Shown here: piece after piece, positions 44,698-54,357 of the stretch | How positions within the stretch are numbered: the first letter of the stretch is position 1 | How the letters are laid out: each line of letters begins with the position of its first letter | IMG/VR virus record: IMGVR_UViG_2558860244_000005 | Span: 15,338 to 79,337 of that record | DNA length: 64,000 nt | DNA from: a virus | Lineage: Duplodnaviria; Caudoviricetes | Reading direction: 5' to 3' (one strand) | Notes under the pieces: model-generated | Told to the model about the DNA's origin: nothing | The model's input: only the letters and a program-made list of their open reading frames with translations | The model's database searches: none | Program-made: the position numbers and the translations under genes

Positions 44698-45922
44698 CGG
44701 GCTGTCCTTGCATCCAGGCGGGGGTGTTGCCCCATTCCTCAGGGTTCATGTCCATTTTGTCGCGGGCCTCATTCGGCACCATGAAGCCGCCGGCGCCGGG
44801 CCCACCGAGCGCCTTGGCGAAGAATTCTGCCTGATCCTTCAGGGAGCCGCGCAGCAACGCGGCCTCGTTGAACTTGGCATAATGGTTCGCCCGGTCACGG
44901 TCGTTCAGGAGGGACGACGCAATGGTCTCTTCCCAGGCGTTGAACCAGGGGAGCAGGCAGTAGGTCACAAGAAAGAGGCCGAGCTGTTCGATACCGCTGC
45001 CCCAACTGGTCTCATCGAACATCAGCAGGGGGCGTGGGACGCCTGTGTATCGGCTGACTTCCTCCGCCTGGTGCTTGCGCTGCGCCAGACCTTCAGCGTC
45101 TTTGCCGGTAGCTCCGAACGGCTTTGCCTCCATCCCCTCTTCGGCAACGACCCAGCGGCCCGCGTTTTCCGATCCGACGAAGCGCTCTTCCCATTGAGCT
45201 CGCAGGTTCAAAATGGCTTGTTCGGACAGGGATTTCGGATGCTGCAGGACTCCGCCTACGTAAGCCCCGTTCTTGAGCATCCGCGAGGCGGCTTCGTCGG
45301 CAACATTGGCCAAGCCCAGTGCTTCGGCCGCCACCTTCAACAGGCCATCGCCTGAAATCCCATCGCTCGACCAGGGCGCGCGGAGGTGAAACACTTCGTC
45401 AGCCTCGAACCTACGCGTAGTTCCGTCTTTCGCCTGGTAATCGTACGCCAGCGCAAAATCCTCGCTGAGAACCGGCTTCACGCGCACAGGATCGAGCGGC
45501 GCGAGCGCCTTGATTCCCAACAGGCCCGGCACCTTGTAAGCGTAGGCATTCCCTCGCAGCAGCGCCCGGCCTTGCATGTAGCTCTTGAATTGGTACGGCG
45601 TCTGCCAGCTGTTTGGCTTCAGGCGGAGCAGCTTCCACACCGCGTGATTGTCGGCCTTCTCGATGTTATCGCCTACACGGCGGTGAAGGTTCAGCGGCAA
45701 CATACCGATGGTGGACGCGATCAGGTTGACTGCGCGAAAGAACGTCGCGTTGGATAGCGCCGACCGTTCCGTAACTGGGCGACCGGCGCCTCTCGCAAAC
45801 CCCTCGCCGAAGAAGCCCTCGGGCAGGCTCCCGCGGTCGAGGAAGCCATTTGCCTTCACGGCGGACGACGCACTGTCCGTGCCGGCGCCTGCCCAACCGA
45901 AGAAGCGTTCAGCCCAGCCCAT
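44690..45922 (-). CDS. Portal protein, HK97 family
   Basis: PNSWQT...ALLRGNAY, VFHLR, SWGSGIEQ. Confidence 0.95.
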   Translation of the reverse strand: MGWAERFFGWAGAGTDSASSAVKANGFLDRGSLPEGFFGEGFARGAGRPVTERSALSNATFFRAVNLIASTIGMLPLNLHRRVGDNIEKADNHAVWKLLRLKPNSWQTPYQFKSYMQGRALLRGNAYAYKVPGLLGIKALAPLDPVRVKPVLSEDFALAYDYQAKDGTTRRFEADEVFHLRAPWSSDGISGDGLLKVAAEALGLANVADEAASRMLKNGAYVGGVLQHPKSLSEQAILNLRAQWEERFVGSENAGRWVVAEEGMEAKPFGATGKDAEGLAQRKHQAEEVSRYTGVPRPLLMFDETSWGSGIEQLGLFLVTYCLLPWFNAWEETIASSLLNDRDRANHYAKFNEAALLRGSLKDQAEFFAKALGGPGAGGFMVPNEARDKMDMNPEEWGNTPAWMQGQPDA

Positions 45923-47694
45923 CAGAAGACCACCAGTCCGCGATCTTCATAGACCGAGACGCCGTTGTCGTTCGCAGCAACGGGGTTCAGCTCAAGCAGC
46001 TTGGTGGCGTTCAGCCCAGCCATGAACGGATCGATTTTACCCGTCCCTTGGGTGTTCTTCACGATCATCACCGTCTGCCGTCCTAACTCTTCCTTCGCGT
46101 TGCTTACGCACCACGCCATCATGCGCGACCCGTCATGGACCGCGCCGTTGAATTTCAGTTTCCGGGCAAGGCCCACGATCGCCGACATGAGACGGAACCC
46201 TTGCCCGACCGACACCACCTGCGGATCTTCCAGGCCGATCTCTGCCAGCGCATCGACCAAGTCACTTACGCCTTGGGGGTCGAGGCCAACCGCCCCGCGT
46301 TCTGGTAGAAGGCCGCTAGCCTTGACCTCTTCGATGACGGCGACAATTTCGCGAATGTCCTGGGGACGCTCGTAGGCGGTATCATCTGCGTCCAAGCCGA
46401 GCGTTTCCGACACGACCTCCGAACAAATCACCAGATCGCCGTCGCTTTCGTAGTCGTGCAGCTGAGCCGCGATCTCCTTGCGCCGAGTGAGCACGTCAGG
46501 CCAGCACCAAGCCTTGAACCAATACAGCCAGCGCCCGGTCCCGCGTTCGCGGCCGGCAACGCAAAGGCCGTACAGGTCATCGAGGCCGCCGCCGTCAACG
46601 CCCACCACCGCTACTTCCGAACGAGCGAGAAGGCTGGCCAACGTCAGCGACTTATCGGCGCAGGCTTCCCAGTAATCTGTCCCGCGCCAGCGATCGCGCC
46701 GCAAACGAAGCCCGATCTCGACGTTCAGGTGCTTCGCCAGAAACACCTGGAGCCCTTCGCCTTCGCCGATCTGCTCTTTGCCCAGCTCGGCCTGGAGCCA
46801 TTCGACTGTGACCGATCGGCCGATATGAGGGTTCGTAACGTAGAAGAATGCCGGGTCCAGATACGCTTCGGCATCCAGCATTTCGACCGGCCACTCGTAG
46901 AGCATAGCCATGGTCTTTGGGTCATCAATAACGCCGTCGCGCACGTCCCGCATGTACGCCAACTTGGTCTTGTAGACACCGCTCGGAGGTTCGTCCGAAT
47001 GGGTCGTAATGTAGAGTGTGAAGGCTTCAGGGCGGGCGGATCCGCCACCGAGCGCCTCTCGCAACATCGCTGCCGCCTTCGGCTTCTTTCCGAACAGCCA
47101 CAGCTCTTCGATAAGCGTAATCGAGGCCTTGCCGCCAGCGACGGTGTCGCTGTCAGCCGCGATCACCTTGAGCACGGCACCCGTGTCCAGATGCTTGATC
47201 TGGCGTTGGTGCTCGATCACCTTCAAGACAACCGACAACTCCGGGTCGGCTCGGACCATGCCCATAGCCGGCTCGAAGCTGTTGTTGGCAACTTCCAGCG
47301 TCGGCGCCAAGATCTGGAGAATGGCGTTCGGCCGCCAGTTAAGAATCAGCGCCGTCACCATGATGCCGGCGGCGATCATGGACTTGCCATTCTTCTTACT
47401 GATCAGGAGCATAAACTCCGAAATCAGCCGCTTTCCCGTTTCCGGATCCTCGGCGCCAAAGATCGCGGCAACCAGATCGAATACGAAGTCGTCGCAGACC
47501 TCGCCTAACGTCGGGTGTCGTTCGACCTCACCGACAACGACCTTCGGCAGATCGACGACCTGTAAGGACTTGAAAACCCCAAGTGCATCCTCGGCCTTAC
47601 CGGGAAACAGAGGCGGGCACGGCACCAGGCTCTTTCGCGCAACGATCCGTTCCTGCCAATCTAGGCAGGCAGTGGACCACTTCGGCGCAGCCAT
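45922..47694 (-). CDS. terL: Terminase large subunit
   Basis: ISKKNGKS Walker A, LIEELW Walker B, GVDGGGLDD and KIDP nuclease motifs. Confidence 0.95.
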   Translation of the reverse strand: MAAPKWSTACLDWQERIVARKSLVPCPPLFPGKAEDALGVFKSLQVVDLPKVVVGEVERHPTLGEVCDDFVFDLVAAIFGAEDPETGKRLISEFMLLISKKNGKSMIAAGIMVTALILNWRPNAILQILAPTLEVANNSFEPAMGMVRADPELSVVLKVIEHQRQIKHLDTGAVLKVIAADSDTVAGGKASITLIEELWLFGKKPKAAAMLREALGGGSARPEAFTLYITTHSDEPPSGVYKTKLAYMRDVRDGVIDDPKTMAMLYEWPVEMLDAEAYLDPAFFYVTNPHIGRSVTVEWLQAELGKEQIGEGEGLQVFLAKHLNVEIGLRLRRDRWRGTDYWEACADKSLTLASLLARSEVAVVGVDGGGLDDLYGLCVAGRERGTGRWLYWFKAWCWPDVLTRRKEIAAQLHDYESDGDLVICSEVVSETLGLDADDTAYERPQDIREIVAVIEEVKASGLLPERGAVGLDPQGVSDLVDALAEIGLEDPQVVSVGQGFRLMSAIVGLARKLKFNGAVHDGSRMMAWCVSNAKEELGRQTVMIVKNTQGTGKIDPFMAGLNATKLLELNPVAANDNGVSVYEDRGLVVF

Positions 47695-47698
47695 CGCT

Positions 47699-48187
47699 TC
47701 AATTCAGCAGGAGCGGCGGCGGAGTGCGGGCGGCGAATTTGCCGCTGGCATTTGCAGCCGCTTCCTTCGCGGCTTCCTTTTTCCCCAGACGGGGCGATGG
47801 CGCCGCATCGGACCGTCCGCGATCCTTGATCTTCTCGCCCAACGTTCGGACCTGTTCGGCTTGGATCATGCCGGCCAGTGCCTTCTCTGCCGCGACGTTG
47901 CCATCCTCGGCAGCTTGGTTGAGCCGTTCGAGCTGCCGCGCTTTCATCATCAAGGGCGCATGCCCAGCCCGAGCGATCTCGTTAAAATAATGCTTGTAAA
48001 ACGTGGGCTTAGTGATGCCGAGCACCTTGGCGATGTCAGCAGGCTTGTGCCCACAAGCGAATAAGAGACTGACTTTGTTGGAGTTTTCGGCGGTCCAGAC
48101 ATGTGCAGGCCGACCACGCCCCTTTTCAGGCAGCAGCGGCAGGCCGAACATGTCGGTCTGACCATCCGAAATTCCATCGTGCGACAA
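47699..48187 (-). CDS. terS: Terminase small subunit
   Basis: GRGRP + HTH (ADIAKVLGITKPTFYKHY); directly upstream of terL. Confidence 0.8.
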   Translation of the reverse strand: MSHDGISDGQTDMFGLPLLPEKGRGRPAHVWTAENSNKVSLLFACGHKPADIAKVLGITKPTFYKHYFNEIARAGHAPLMMKARQLERLNQAAEDGNVAAEKALAGMIQAEQVRTLGEKIKDRGRSDAAPSPRLGKKEAAKEAAANASGKFAARTPPPLLLN

Positions 48188-48256
48188 AAAAAATCTCCGA
48201 ATGGGACGAGATGCGGTGCAGAGGGGCCGCCCCCTCCGAACTTTCGACCACCCCCC

Positions 48257-48586
48257 CTACCCGCGACCGCCGCGCGCCCGCCGCGCCCGCGCCGCGGCCG
48301 TCTTGGCATTGTGATGCCCGGCGCAGTACCAATCCATCTGGTCGAACGGAGGCAGGTCCGCCCCGCCGTCCTTCCGCTCCTCTCGGTGATCGAGGATTAG
48401 GCGATGTGTGGAGCCGCAGATGAGGCACCACACGCCGCCCTGGCGCTGGATCGTCCAAGCCCGGTGCCGAGCCCGATAGTCCTTCCACTCGGCCGACTGG
48501 TAGAAGCTGTCGGCCACCTTCGGCATCGCCGCCACCCGAGGTGGCAGTGCGCCGAGACGCGACGGCATCGACTTCAACCGGCCCAT
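48257..48586 (-). CDS. HNH endonuclease (packaging-associated)
   Basis: FYQSAEW, CLIC, LDH, C..HHNAKT. Confidence 0.85.
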   Translation of the reverse strand: MGRLKSMPSRLGALPPRVAAMPKVADSFYQSAEWKDYRARHRAWTIQRQGGVWCLICGSTHRLILDHREERKDGGADLPPFDQMDWYCAGHHNAKTAAARARRARGGRG

Positions 48587-48799
48587 GATGGCTCCGAAAC
48601 GACAACGGGCGACAGAGACCGAAGTCACTGCCGCCCGCGTCTCAGGGGGAGAGGGTTACGCTTGCGGCCCAGTTGGGCGGAAGACCGTCAGCGTGCCCAT
48701 GGCATACCCCCAATTCGTGGTGAAACGGACACCCTATATTTGCATGGTGAATGGGGAATGGGGTTGACACATTCCCCAGCAGAAACCCGCCAATCTTGA

Positions 48800-49369
48800 T
48801 CAGGCGGCCTTGTCGAGGGCGAGGACGAGGCGGTGAATGGCCCGCTCATACGCCTTGCGCATCCCGTCGCTGGTGGTCTCCAGCTCTTCCCGACGCGCCA
48901 GGTTGAACAGCTTGCCGCCCATCAGGCGATAGACGCGGTCCCATCCGAAGCCCTCAGGGCCGGGCCAGCGCTTCATCGTGAGCACCCGGCCCACCAGCGC
49001 GCGATGTCCTTCGGGAATGGCATCGGCCAGCGGCTTCTCGCCAGTGAGCATCCGCTCCACGAGGTTGGCGCAGCGGCGGGTGAGCTGGGGCGAGGGGCCG
49101 GCCTCTACGTCGGCGTAGTCGCCGAACGCCTCACGCACGATCGCAGGCCATGCCGTTCGCGTTCCGGCTGCGAGGTAGGCCCGTTCGCGGTCTGGCATCG
49201 CACCGAGATACTCGAACGCGGCCATAAGCGTGTCTTCGGCATCCTGCCACGACACCGTGTTTCGCGGATTTCCGCCATTCCCCAACGCCACTGCCTTCCA
49301 TCCATCCGGCTGTTGGACGTCGCTTGGAAGGCTTCCTTCCACTACCTCGCCACCCCCTGAAACCCGCAT
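48800..49369 (-). CDS. Putative late-gene regulator (Q-position protein)
   Basis: Position between replication genes and the late operon; C-terminal HTH-like segment. Confidence 0.5.
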   Translation of the reverse strand: MRVSGGGEVVEGSLPSDVQQPDGWKAVALGNGGNPRNTVSWQDAEDTLMAAFEYLGAMPDRERAYLAAGTRTAWPAIVREAFGDYADVEAGPSPQLTRRCANLVERMLTGEKPLADAIPEGHRALVGRVLTMKRWPGPEGFGWDRVYRLMGGKLFNLARREELETTSDGMRKAYERAIHRLVLALDKAA

Positions 49370-49415
49370 AAAACCGCCGTTTTCCATTATCCTACCCTTC
49401 CTCACTCTCTCGAAA

Positions 49416-49558
49416 ATGGAAGGATGGAAGGGAAAACCGAGTAGGTTGCTTATGAAGCTCAAACGATAGTCTCACATGAAGACCTATGCGGATTTGCCTT
49501 CCATCCTTCCATGGACGCACTTTTCCCGCAGAAACGCTTGAGTTTTTCCCTTCCATCC
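49416..49558. repeat. GGAAGGATGGAAGG iteron-like inverted repeats (candidate ori)
   Basis: 16-bp perfect IR 49416-31/49497-512 and 15-bp IR 49422-36/49544-58. Confidence 0.6.
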
Positions 49559-49642
49559 CCTGAAAACCTGTCCATCCCGCAAACTTCCACGCGGAAGGGA
49601 CGAAGGGGGCGCGGGACCACGCAACCCCTAGGATTGCGCCGG

Positions 49643-51550
49643 TTATGGGCCGTCGTCACGCCACTCAGGCGGCACGTCGTTTTCGTCGAGATCGCCGCCC
49701 TGATTGTCCCCGGCAAAGGCCAAGGCATCATCACTTCCGGGCCACTCGCCGCGCTCGACGCCCTCCAGCGTCACACCCGCGCGCACCTGGACCCCGAGCC
49801 ACTTGACCCCATTGGAGACGATGGTCTTGAAACCCTTGTCCTCCATGGCGGCCTTGAAGCCCTTGGGTCCCCAGCCCGATCCACCGCCCACGTCGCTCCA
49901 CGCCTTGTAGAGCTTGTGCAACTCGCCAGAGGCGGCGCGCACGTTGGCAGTGTCTTTGCTGATCTCGCATATCTGCGAGAGGAAGCGGCCCAGCTCGTCG
50001 CTGGCGTCTCGATAGGCCTGGGTAGCCATCTTGACCTGCTCCGGGATGATAAGACCGTTCTCGCGCCAGTCCAGCAGGCCGTCCAGCAACCTGTTGAGAA
50101 TTCCGCTTGCCTCCGCCTTCAACTTGTCAGGCAGGCTCCGGTCGATCTCGTCTTCCGGGATGATCGTGTCCCACGGCACCAGCTGCATGCGGGCCCACAT
50201 GCCATGGCTCACGTCCTTCACGATCGGCCTGGTGTTCCCGCTGATCGTCAGCTTGAAATCGGGAAAGAACTCGAAGAACCCCTTGTTGAGGTGACGCGCC
50301 TTCACCGGATCGCCGCCGGTGAGCTGCTTGATAAGGCCGTCGTTGAACTTCATGCCCTTTTGCGGCTCGGACACGCGCAGCAGGCGAACACCGGGCAGTT
50401 CGGCAAGATCTGGTGTCGCCTGATCGCCGCGCCGCTGGCCGCCGCTGTCGAGCAGCGATTCAATGCCGATCGAACCGGCGATGTCGCCAGCCATGAAAGC
50501 GACCGCCTCCACCCACGTCCCCTTGCCGTTACGCCCTGCCCCGTAGAAGAACGCCAGCTTGTGCTCGGTAGTGTCACCGGTCATCGAGTAGCCGCCCCAC
50601 TGGTGCAGGAACCGCCGCATAGCCTCATCTGGCTGAACCCGCAGTACGAACGCATCGTATGCCGGGCATTGCGCGCTGGGCTGATACTTCACAGGCGCCA
50701 GCTTCGTGATCAGGTCGTCGCGGTTGTGGGGGAATTTCTTGAGCTTCCACCCTCCCGTGCGCCACTCGCTCTTGCCGGCAGCGACTTCCGCGTTCGATCT
50801 CTTCTCTGGCCCGCGCACCAGGCGCAACGTGCCGTTCAGCACGTTGATCGCCATCTTGTCCTGATCGAATGCCTCCGGCCGCACGACGACCGACCGAAAG
50901 CCCTTGATCCAGCGCAGCATGCGGGTCGGCATAGCGCCAGCCTCGCTGGACTTTGCCCAGGCCGCCACCTTATGGCTCCACAGGGTCTTGCCCATCACGA
51001 CGTCCATGGGCTCAAGGCCTTCAAGCCATTCGGCCCGTTCCCCGCTTTCGTCGTCCCGCAAATAGAACTCGCGCGATGTCGTGCCGTGCGCGTCGGCCCA
51101 GCTCTCCAGCTCCCGCATCTCTTTTTCGGTGAGATAGGGCGCAGGGTAACCGCTCGCGGCCACCAGCGCCGCCTCATTTCGGATCGCGCGGACCGTGATG
51201 GCCATGCTTTCCATCAACTCCGCCGGCACCGTGTCCTTCTCTTCGGACAGGAGCTTCCACCGGCGGGTATCCCACCAGAACCATCCCAGCTCTGGGCAGA
51301 AGCGGAAATCGCCGCCGAAGCGCACAAGCCATCGCTCAGCATTGCCCAGGTCCGTGAGCGCCATGCGCGCACAGGCGAGATCGGACTTGGGATCTATCGT
51401 GGCACGGATCCGCCCGCCCAGGATCGTCGAAACCGCACCCCCCGCACCCCCGCTCGATGACAGGCCCGAACCGCCCGGTCCGGAACCATCTTCGCGATCA
51501 GGGGGCGTGGGACCGTCGTCATCACCCGCGAACGGGTTACGAGTAGTCAC
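49643..51550 (-). CDS. P4-family primase / D5-like SF3 helicase
   Basis: LTDLGNAERW D5_N, YGAGRNGKG Walker A, KQLTGGD, GNTRP. Confidence 0.9.
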   Translation of the reverse strand: MTTRNPFAGDDDGPTPPDREDGSGPGGSGLSSSGGAGGAVSTILGGRIRATIDPKSDLACARMALTDLGNAERWLVRFGGDFRFCPELGWFWWDTRRWKLLSEEKDTVPAELMESMAITVRAIRNEAALVAASGYPAPYLTEKEMRELESWADAHGTTSREFYLRDDESGERAEWLEGLEPMDVVMGKTLWSHKVAAWAKSSEAGAMPTRMLRWIKGFRSVVVRPEAFDQDKMAINVLNGTLRLVRGPEKRSNAEVAAGKSEWRTGGWKLKKFPHNRDDLITKLAPVKYQPSAQCPAYDAFVLRVQPDEAMRRFLHQWGGYSMTGDTTEHKLAFFYGAGRNGKGTWVEAVAFMAGDIAGSIGIESLLDSGGQRRGDQATPDLAELPGVRLLRVSEPQKGMKFNDGLIKQLTGGDPVKARHLNKGFFEFFPDFKLTISGNTRPIVKDVSHGMWARMQLVPWDTIIPEDEIDRSLPDKLKAEASGILNRLLDGLLDWRENGLIIPEQVKMATQAYRDASDELGRFLSQICEISKDTANVRAASGELHKLYKAWSDVGGGSGWGPKGFKAAMEDKGFKTIVSNGVKWLGVQVRAGVTLEGVERGEWPGSDDALAFAGDNQGGDLDENDVPPEWRDDGP

Positions 51551-52140
51551 GCCGCAATTCTCCCCATGAAACCATCGGCCCCGTCGCTCACGCGCGGAAG
51601 GCCGCCGTAGGCCAACAGGCCCTTGATCCGTTCCGCGCCGCCCGGCGGAACCTGCAATGTCACCCGCTCGCCAAGGCCTCGCAGCTCCGCGAGCGAGGCC
51701 GCGCACCAGTCGAGCACGCACAAGCCTTCGCCGCCGGCTGCCAGCCAGTCGAACGGTGTCGCGTGCAGCCGAAGCCGAACACGCTTCTTCTTTTCGCCCA
51801 TGTCCGAGGCGAGAACCTTGTGAACTTCGTCGATCGCATCGGCGCCCAGCGCCCAGCCAAGGCCGGTTCGCAGCGACCACTCATCCCGGCAGGTGCTGGA
51901 TACGGCCACCACGTCTACCAGTTCGCCACCGTCGCAAACGCCGATGAGCAGGCGCTGGTCCGGGCCCTCCGGTTCCCACCGCGCCCCACCGAGAGTGACT
52001 TTCCCGACCCCGAGCAGACCCGCGCCATGAAGGCGAACGACGAACCGCCGATTCGCCCCCATCGCCACCAGTTTGCGCAGGTTCGGCATGCCCAGGCGAC
52101 CGGCAGCTACGAGCAGCTCGCGCTCCAGGTCACTCAGCAT
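51547..52140 (-). CDS. Primase-associated hypothetical protein
   Basis: LHATPFDWLAAGGEGLCVLDW motif; adjacent to the helicase. Confidence 0.65.
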   Translation of the reverse strand: MLSDLERELLVAAGRLGMPNLRKLVAMGANRRFVVRLHGAGLLGVGKVTLGGARWEPEGPDQRLLIGVCDGGELVDVVAVSSTCRDEWSLRTGLGWALGADAIDEVHKVLASDMGEKKKRVRLRLHATPFDWLAAGGEGLCVLDWCAASLAELRGLGERVTLQVPPGGAERIKGLLAYGGLPRVSDGADGFMGRIAA

Positions 52141-52894
52141 CGCGCCCACCGGATCGACCGGCTCGAACCTGAATTTCCATCTCCTCAAAGGTCTCGGCCG
52201 ATGCCACGCCGGAGGGGGCCAGGGACCGCCAGGCCGAAAGCAGATCCGGCTCACGGATCCATTTATCGAAGAACTGGCGCGCGCCATGCATTGCGCTTGC
52301 GTGGGTCCGGTCGCCGAGCATCGCGGCAACCCGTGCCCACGTGTTGCCGCGCCCGCGCAGCACCGCATAGGCCAAGCTCCGACCGCGCATGATGCGCGCC
52401 GCTTTTCCGCTGCCACATAGGTCGGACGCTGGCACACCGATTACCATTCCAATCGCGGCCAGCAATTTCGGAGTGCTGACGTGCCGCGTTGTCCGCACGA
52501 AGGTTGCAGCTGCCTCGCGTGCCCTTGCCTCTCGCTGAGCAGGGTCGCCGTGCTTGGCAAGAGCTTCGTCCTGCCAGCGAAACGGACGAGCAGACACCCG
52601 GAAATCGTACTCGTCCGAGTCCTCGGGCTCGCCCACCCGCACGACGTGTTCACGTCTCGCGCGCGACAACTCAGCCTCAAGCCGCAATGCCGCAATCTCG
52701 GCAATCGACAACCGTGCTCCGTACCGATCGGCAACACGCGCCCGAACGGTTGAATCGTCGCGAAGGTAGCTGATGAGATGCTGCGCATAGGCACGAGGGT
52801 CGGCAAGACTGTCGACTTCCGTCGAATAGCCGCTGGCACCGAACCAGCCCGCCCGCGACGGCACGCCCCGCCCTCTGAGCGCAGGCGCGTTCAT
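52130..52894 (-). CDS. Protein with DnaA domain-IV-like C-terminal HTH
   Basis: DLCGSGKAARIMRGRSLAY...VAAMLGDRTHASAMHG parallels DnaA_C R-[DT]-H-x-[ST]. Confidence 0.65.
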   Translation of the reverse strand: MNAPALRGRGVPSRAGWFGASGYSTEVDSLADPRAYAQHLISYLRDDSTVRARVADRYGARLSIAEIAALRLEAELSRARREHVVRVGEPEDSDEYDFRVSARPFRWQDEALAKHGDPAQREARAREAAATFVRTTRHVSTPKLLAAIGMVIGVPASDLCGSGKAARIMRGRSLAYAVLRGRGNTWARVAAMLGDRTHASAMHGARQFFDKWIREPDLLSAWRSLAPSGVASAETFEEMEIQVRAGRSGGRDAE

Positions 52895-52989
52895 CCCGCT
52901 ACGCCGCCGAGGACCAGGACGACAATGACGCCCATGGCCGCACCCATCAGGCTGGCGAGCAAACCGGCAAAGGCGGACTGGCCAGCCAT
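52891..52989 (-). CDS. 32-aa membrane microprotein (not in ORF track)
   Basis: MAGQSAFAGLLASLMGAAMGVIVVLVLGGVAG; coupled by TAATG and ATGA overlaps. Confidence 0.6.
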   Translation of the reverse strand: MAGQSAFAGLLASLMGAAMGVIVVLVLGGVAG

Positions 52990-53522
52990 TACGCTTTGCC
53001 CCCGGCCGTTCGCTGGCCCGTCGCAACGATCTGCACGACACGGCGCCCCGCGCCCGCCTCGACCCGTACGAAACCGGCAGCAACAAGCAGGCTCAAGCGG
53101 TACCGGGCGGCGTGCCGATCCGGCAGCCCTGCGCGTTCGGCGAGCACCTCATTGCTGGGAAGCGGCAGCCCGTCGTCGGCCACCTGGCAAAGCACTTCGT
53201 ACAGCGCCCGCTCGGTCGACGCGGGGGCAGCGATCCGACCACAGGCCGATATGGCCGACGCCGCTGGCGCGCGCTTGCGGATCATGTAGTGCAGACCGCC
53301 GCCAACCCGGCGCAGAAATAGCGTGGCGAGTCCATCACCGGCGAGGCGGCGCGCAAGCTTCGGCGCTGCGGCCTTATCGCCAAGCGCGGGGCCGATCGCG
53401 TACCAGGTTTCATCGCCGGGCTCTGCGCGGCGCATCCACACTTCCAGTTCGCTGGGATCAGCATAGGTCGTCAGCGGTCCGATGCGATAACGCGCGGCTT
53501 CGCGCTCAATCCCCCCGATCAC
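52989..53522 (-). CDS. Hypothetical protein with C-terminal winged HTH
   Basis: LPSNEVLAERAGL...RYRLSLLVAAGFVRV. Confidence 0.65.
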   Translation of the reverse strand: MIGGIEREAARYRIGPLTTYADPSELEVWMRRAEPGDETWYAIGPALGDKAAAPKLARRLAGDGLATLFLRRVGGGLHYMIRKRAPAASAISACGRIAAPASTERALYEVLCQVADDGLPLPSNEVLAERAGLPDRHAARYRLSLLVAAGFVRVEAGAGRRVVQIVATGQRTAGGKA

Positions 53523-53524
53523 AG

Positions 53525-53995
53525 CTACTCTCCTTTTGCGATCGCGTTGACGACAAGGCGCAGGCGCGCCAGCGATGCCATCGCCTCGTCAATCTGGACG
53601 GCGATGCGGTCGCGATCCCGCGCACACACCTTGTGGTCGCGGGTTGCCTCACGGATTTCCGTAGCGATGTCGCCGAACTCGGCGCTCGCATCGATCAGCG
53701 CTGCATTGATGTCGCTGTCTTGCGGACGCTCTTCTGGAACCGGGATAACAACATGCCCCAATTCGGCGGCGTACGCGGAAAGGATCGGAGGGCGATGGCC
53801 CAATACTACGGCTACCTGATCCAAAGCGAACGCGTCATCGACGCGAGGCACAGCGGTATCGTTGGGATTGCGCCACGAACCTGTGAGCGATGGGCTTTTC
53901 TCGACGGTCGCGGCTGCGCCCTCCTTACCCCCGCTCGTTTTCACAGCGCTGATGACGGCTGCTTTGAGGCGGCCGAATACGTCTGGCGCAATCAT
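53525..53995 (-). CDS. CII-like phage regulatory protein
   Basis: LKAAVISAVKTSGG-E-AA; follows cro. Confidence 0.65.
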   Translation of the reverse strand: MIAPDVFGRLKAAVISAVKTSGGKEGAAATVEKSPSLTGSWRNPNDTAVPRVDDAFALDQVAVVLGHRPPILSAYAAELGHVVIPVPEERPQDSDINAALIDASAEFGDIATEIREATRDHKVCARDRDRIAVQIDEAMASLARLRLVVNAIAKGE

Positions 53996-54264
53996 GCCGC
54001 TACCTCGCTGGACTTTTTGGAGAAATCGCCAGTGGACCCCTGCCGCGAGGGCGCGGCATCATCCAAGCCATGTTGAAGCTCGCTCACGTCAGCCGGAAGC
54101 TCGAGACCCGCGTCCTTCGCGGCGAGGCGCAGATGCGCCATCCGGGATTGAGGGATGCCGTTCTTACGCCAACTATGGACGGTCGAGAGCGGGGCTTCGA
54201 TCATCTTGGCCACAGCTGTACTGCCGCCCAGATGGTCTATCACGGTGTTAGCGAGAGCGTTCAT
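53992..54264 (-). CDS. cro: Cro-like protein
   Basis: IDHLGGSTAVAKMIEAPLSTVHSWRKNGIP. Confidence 0.85.
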   Translation of the reverse strand: MNALANTVIDHLGGSTAVAKMIEAPLSTVHSWRKNGIPQSRMAHLRLAAKDAGLELPADVSELQHGLDDAAPSRQGSTGDFSKKSSEVAA

Positions 54265-54274
54265 GCTCGTGATA

Positions 54275-54337
54275 TGCGATATTCGCAGACTTCAATCAAG
54301 CATAAAGTCTGCGATAATAGTAGTTGCGATAATCGCA
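54275..54337. promoter_or_regulatory. OR operators: three TGCGA-N3-TCGCA palindromes
   Basis: 54275-87, 54310-22 (degenerate), 54325-37. Confidence 0.85.
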
Positions 54338-54357
54338 GACGGCGGCACGGAACAGCT

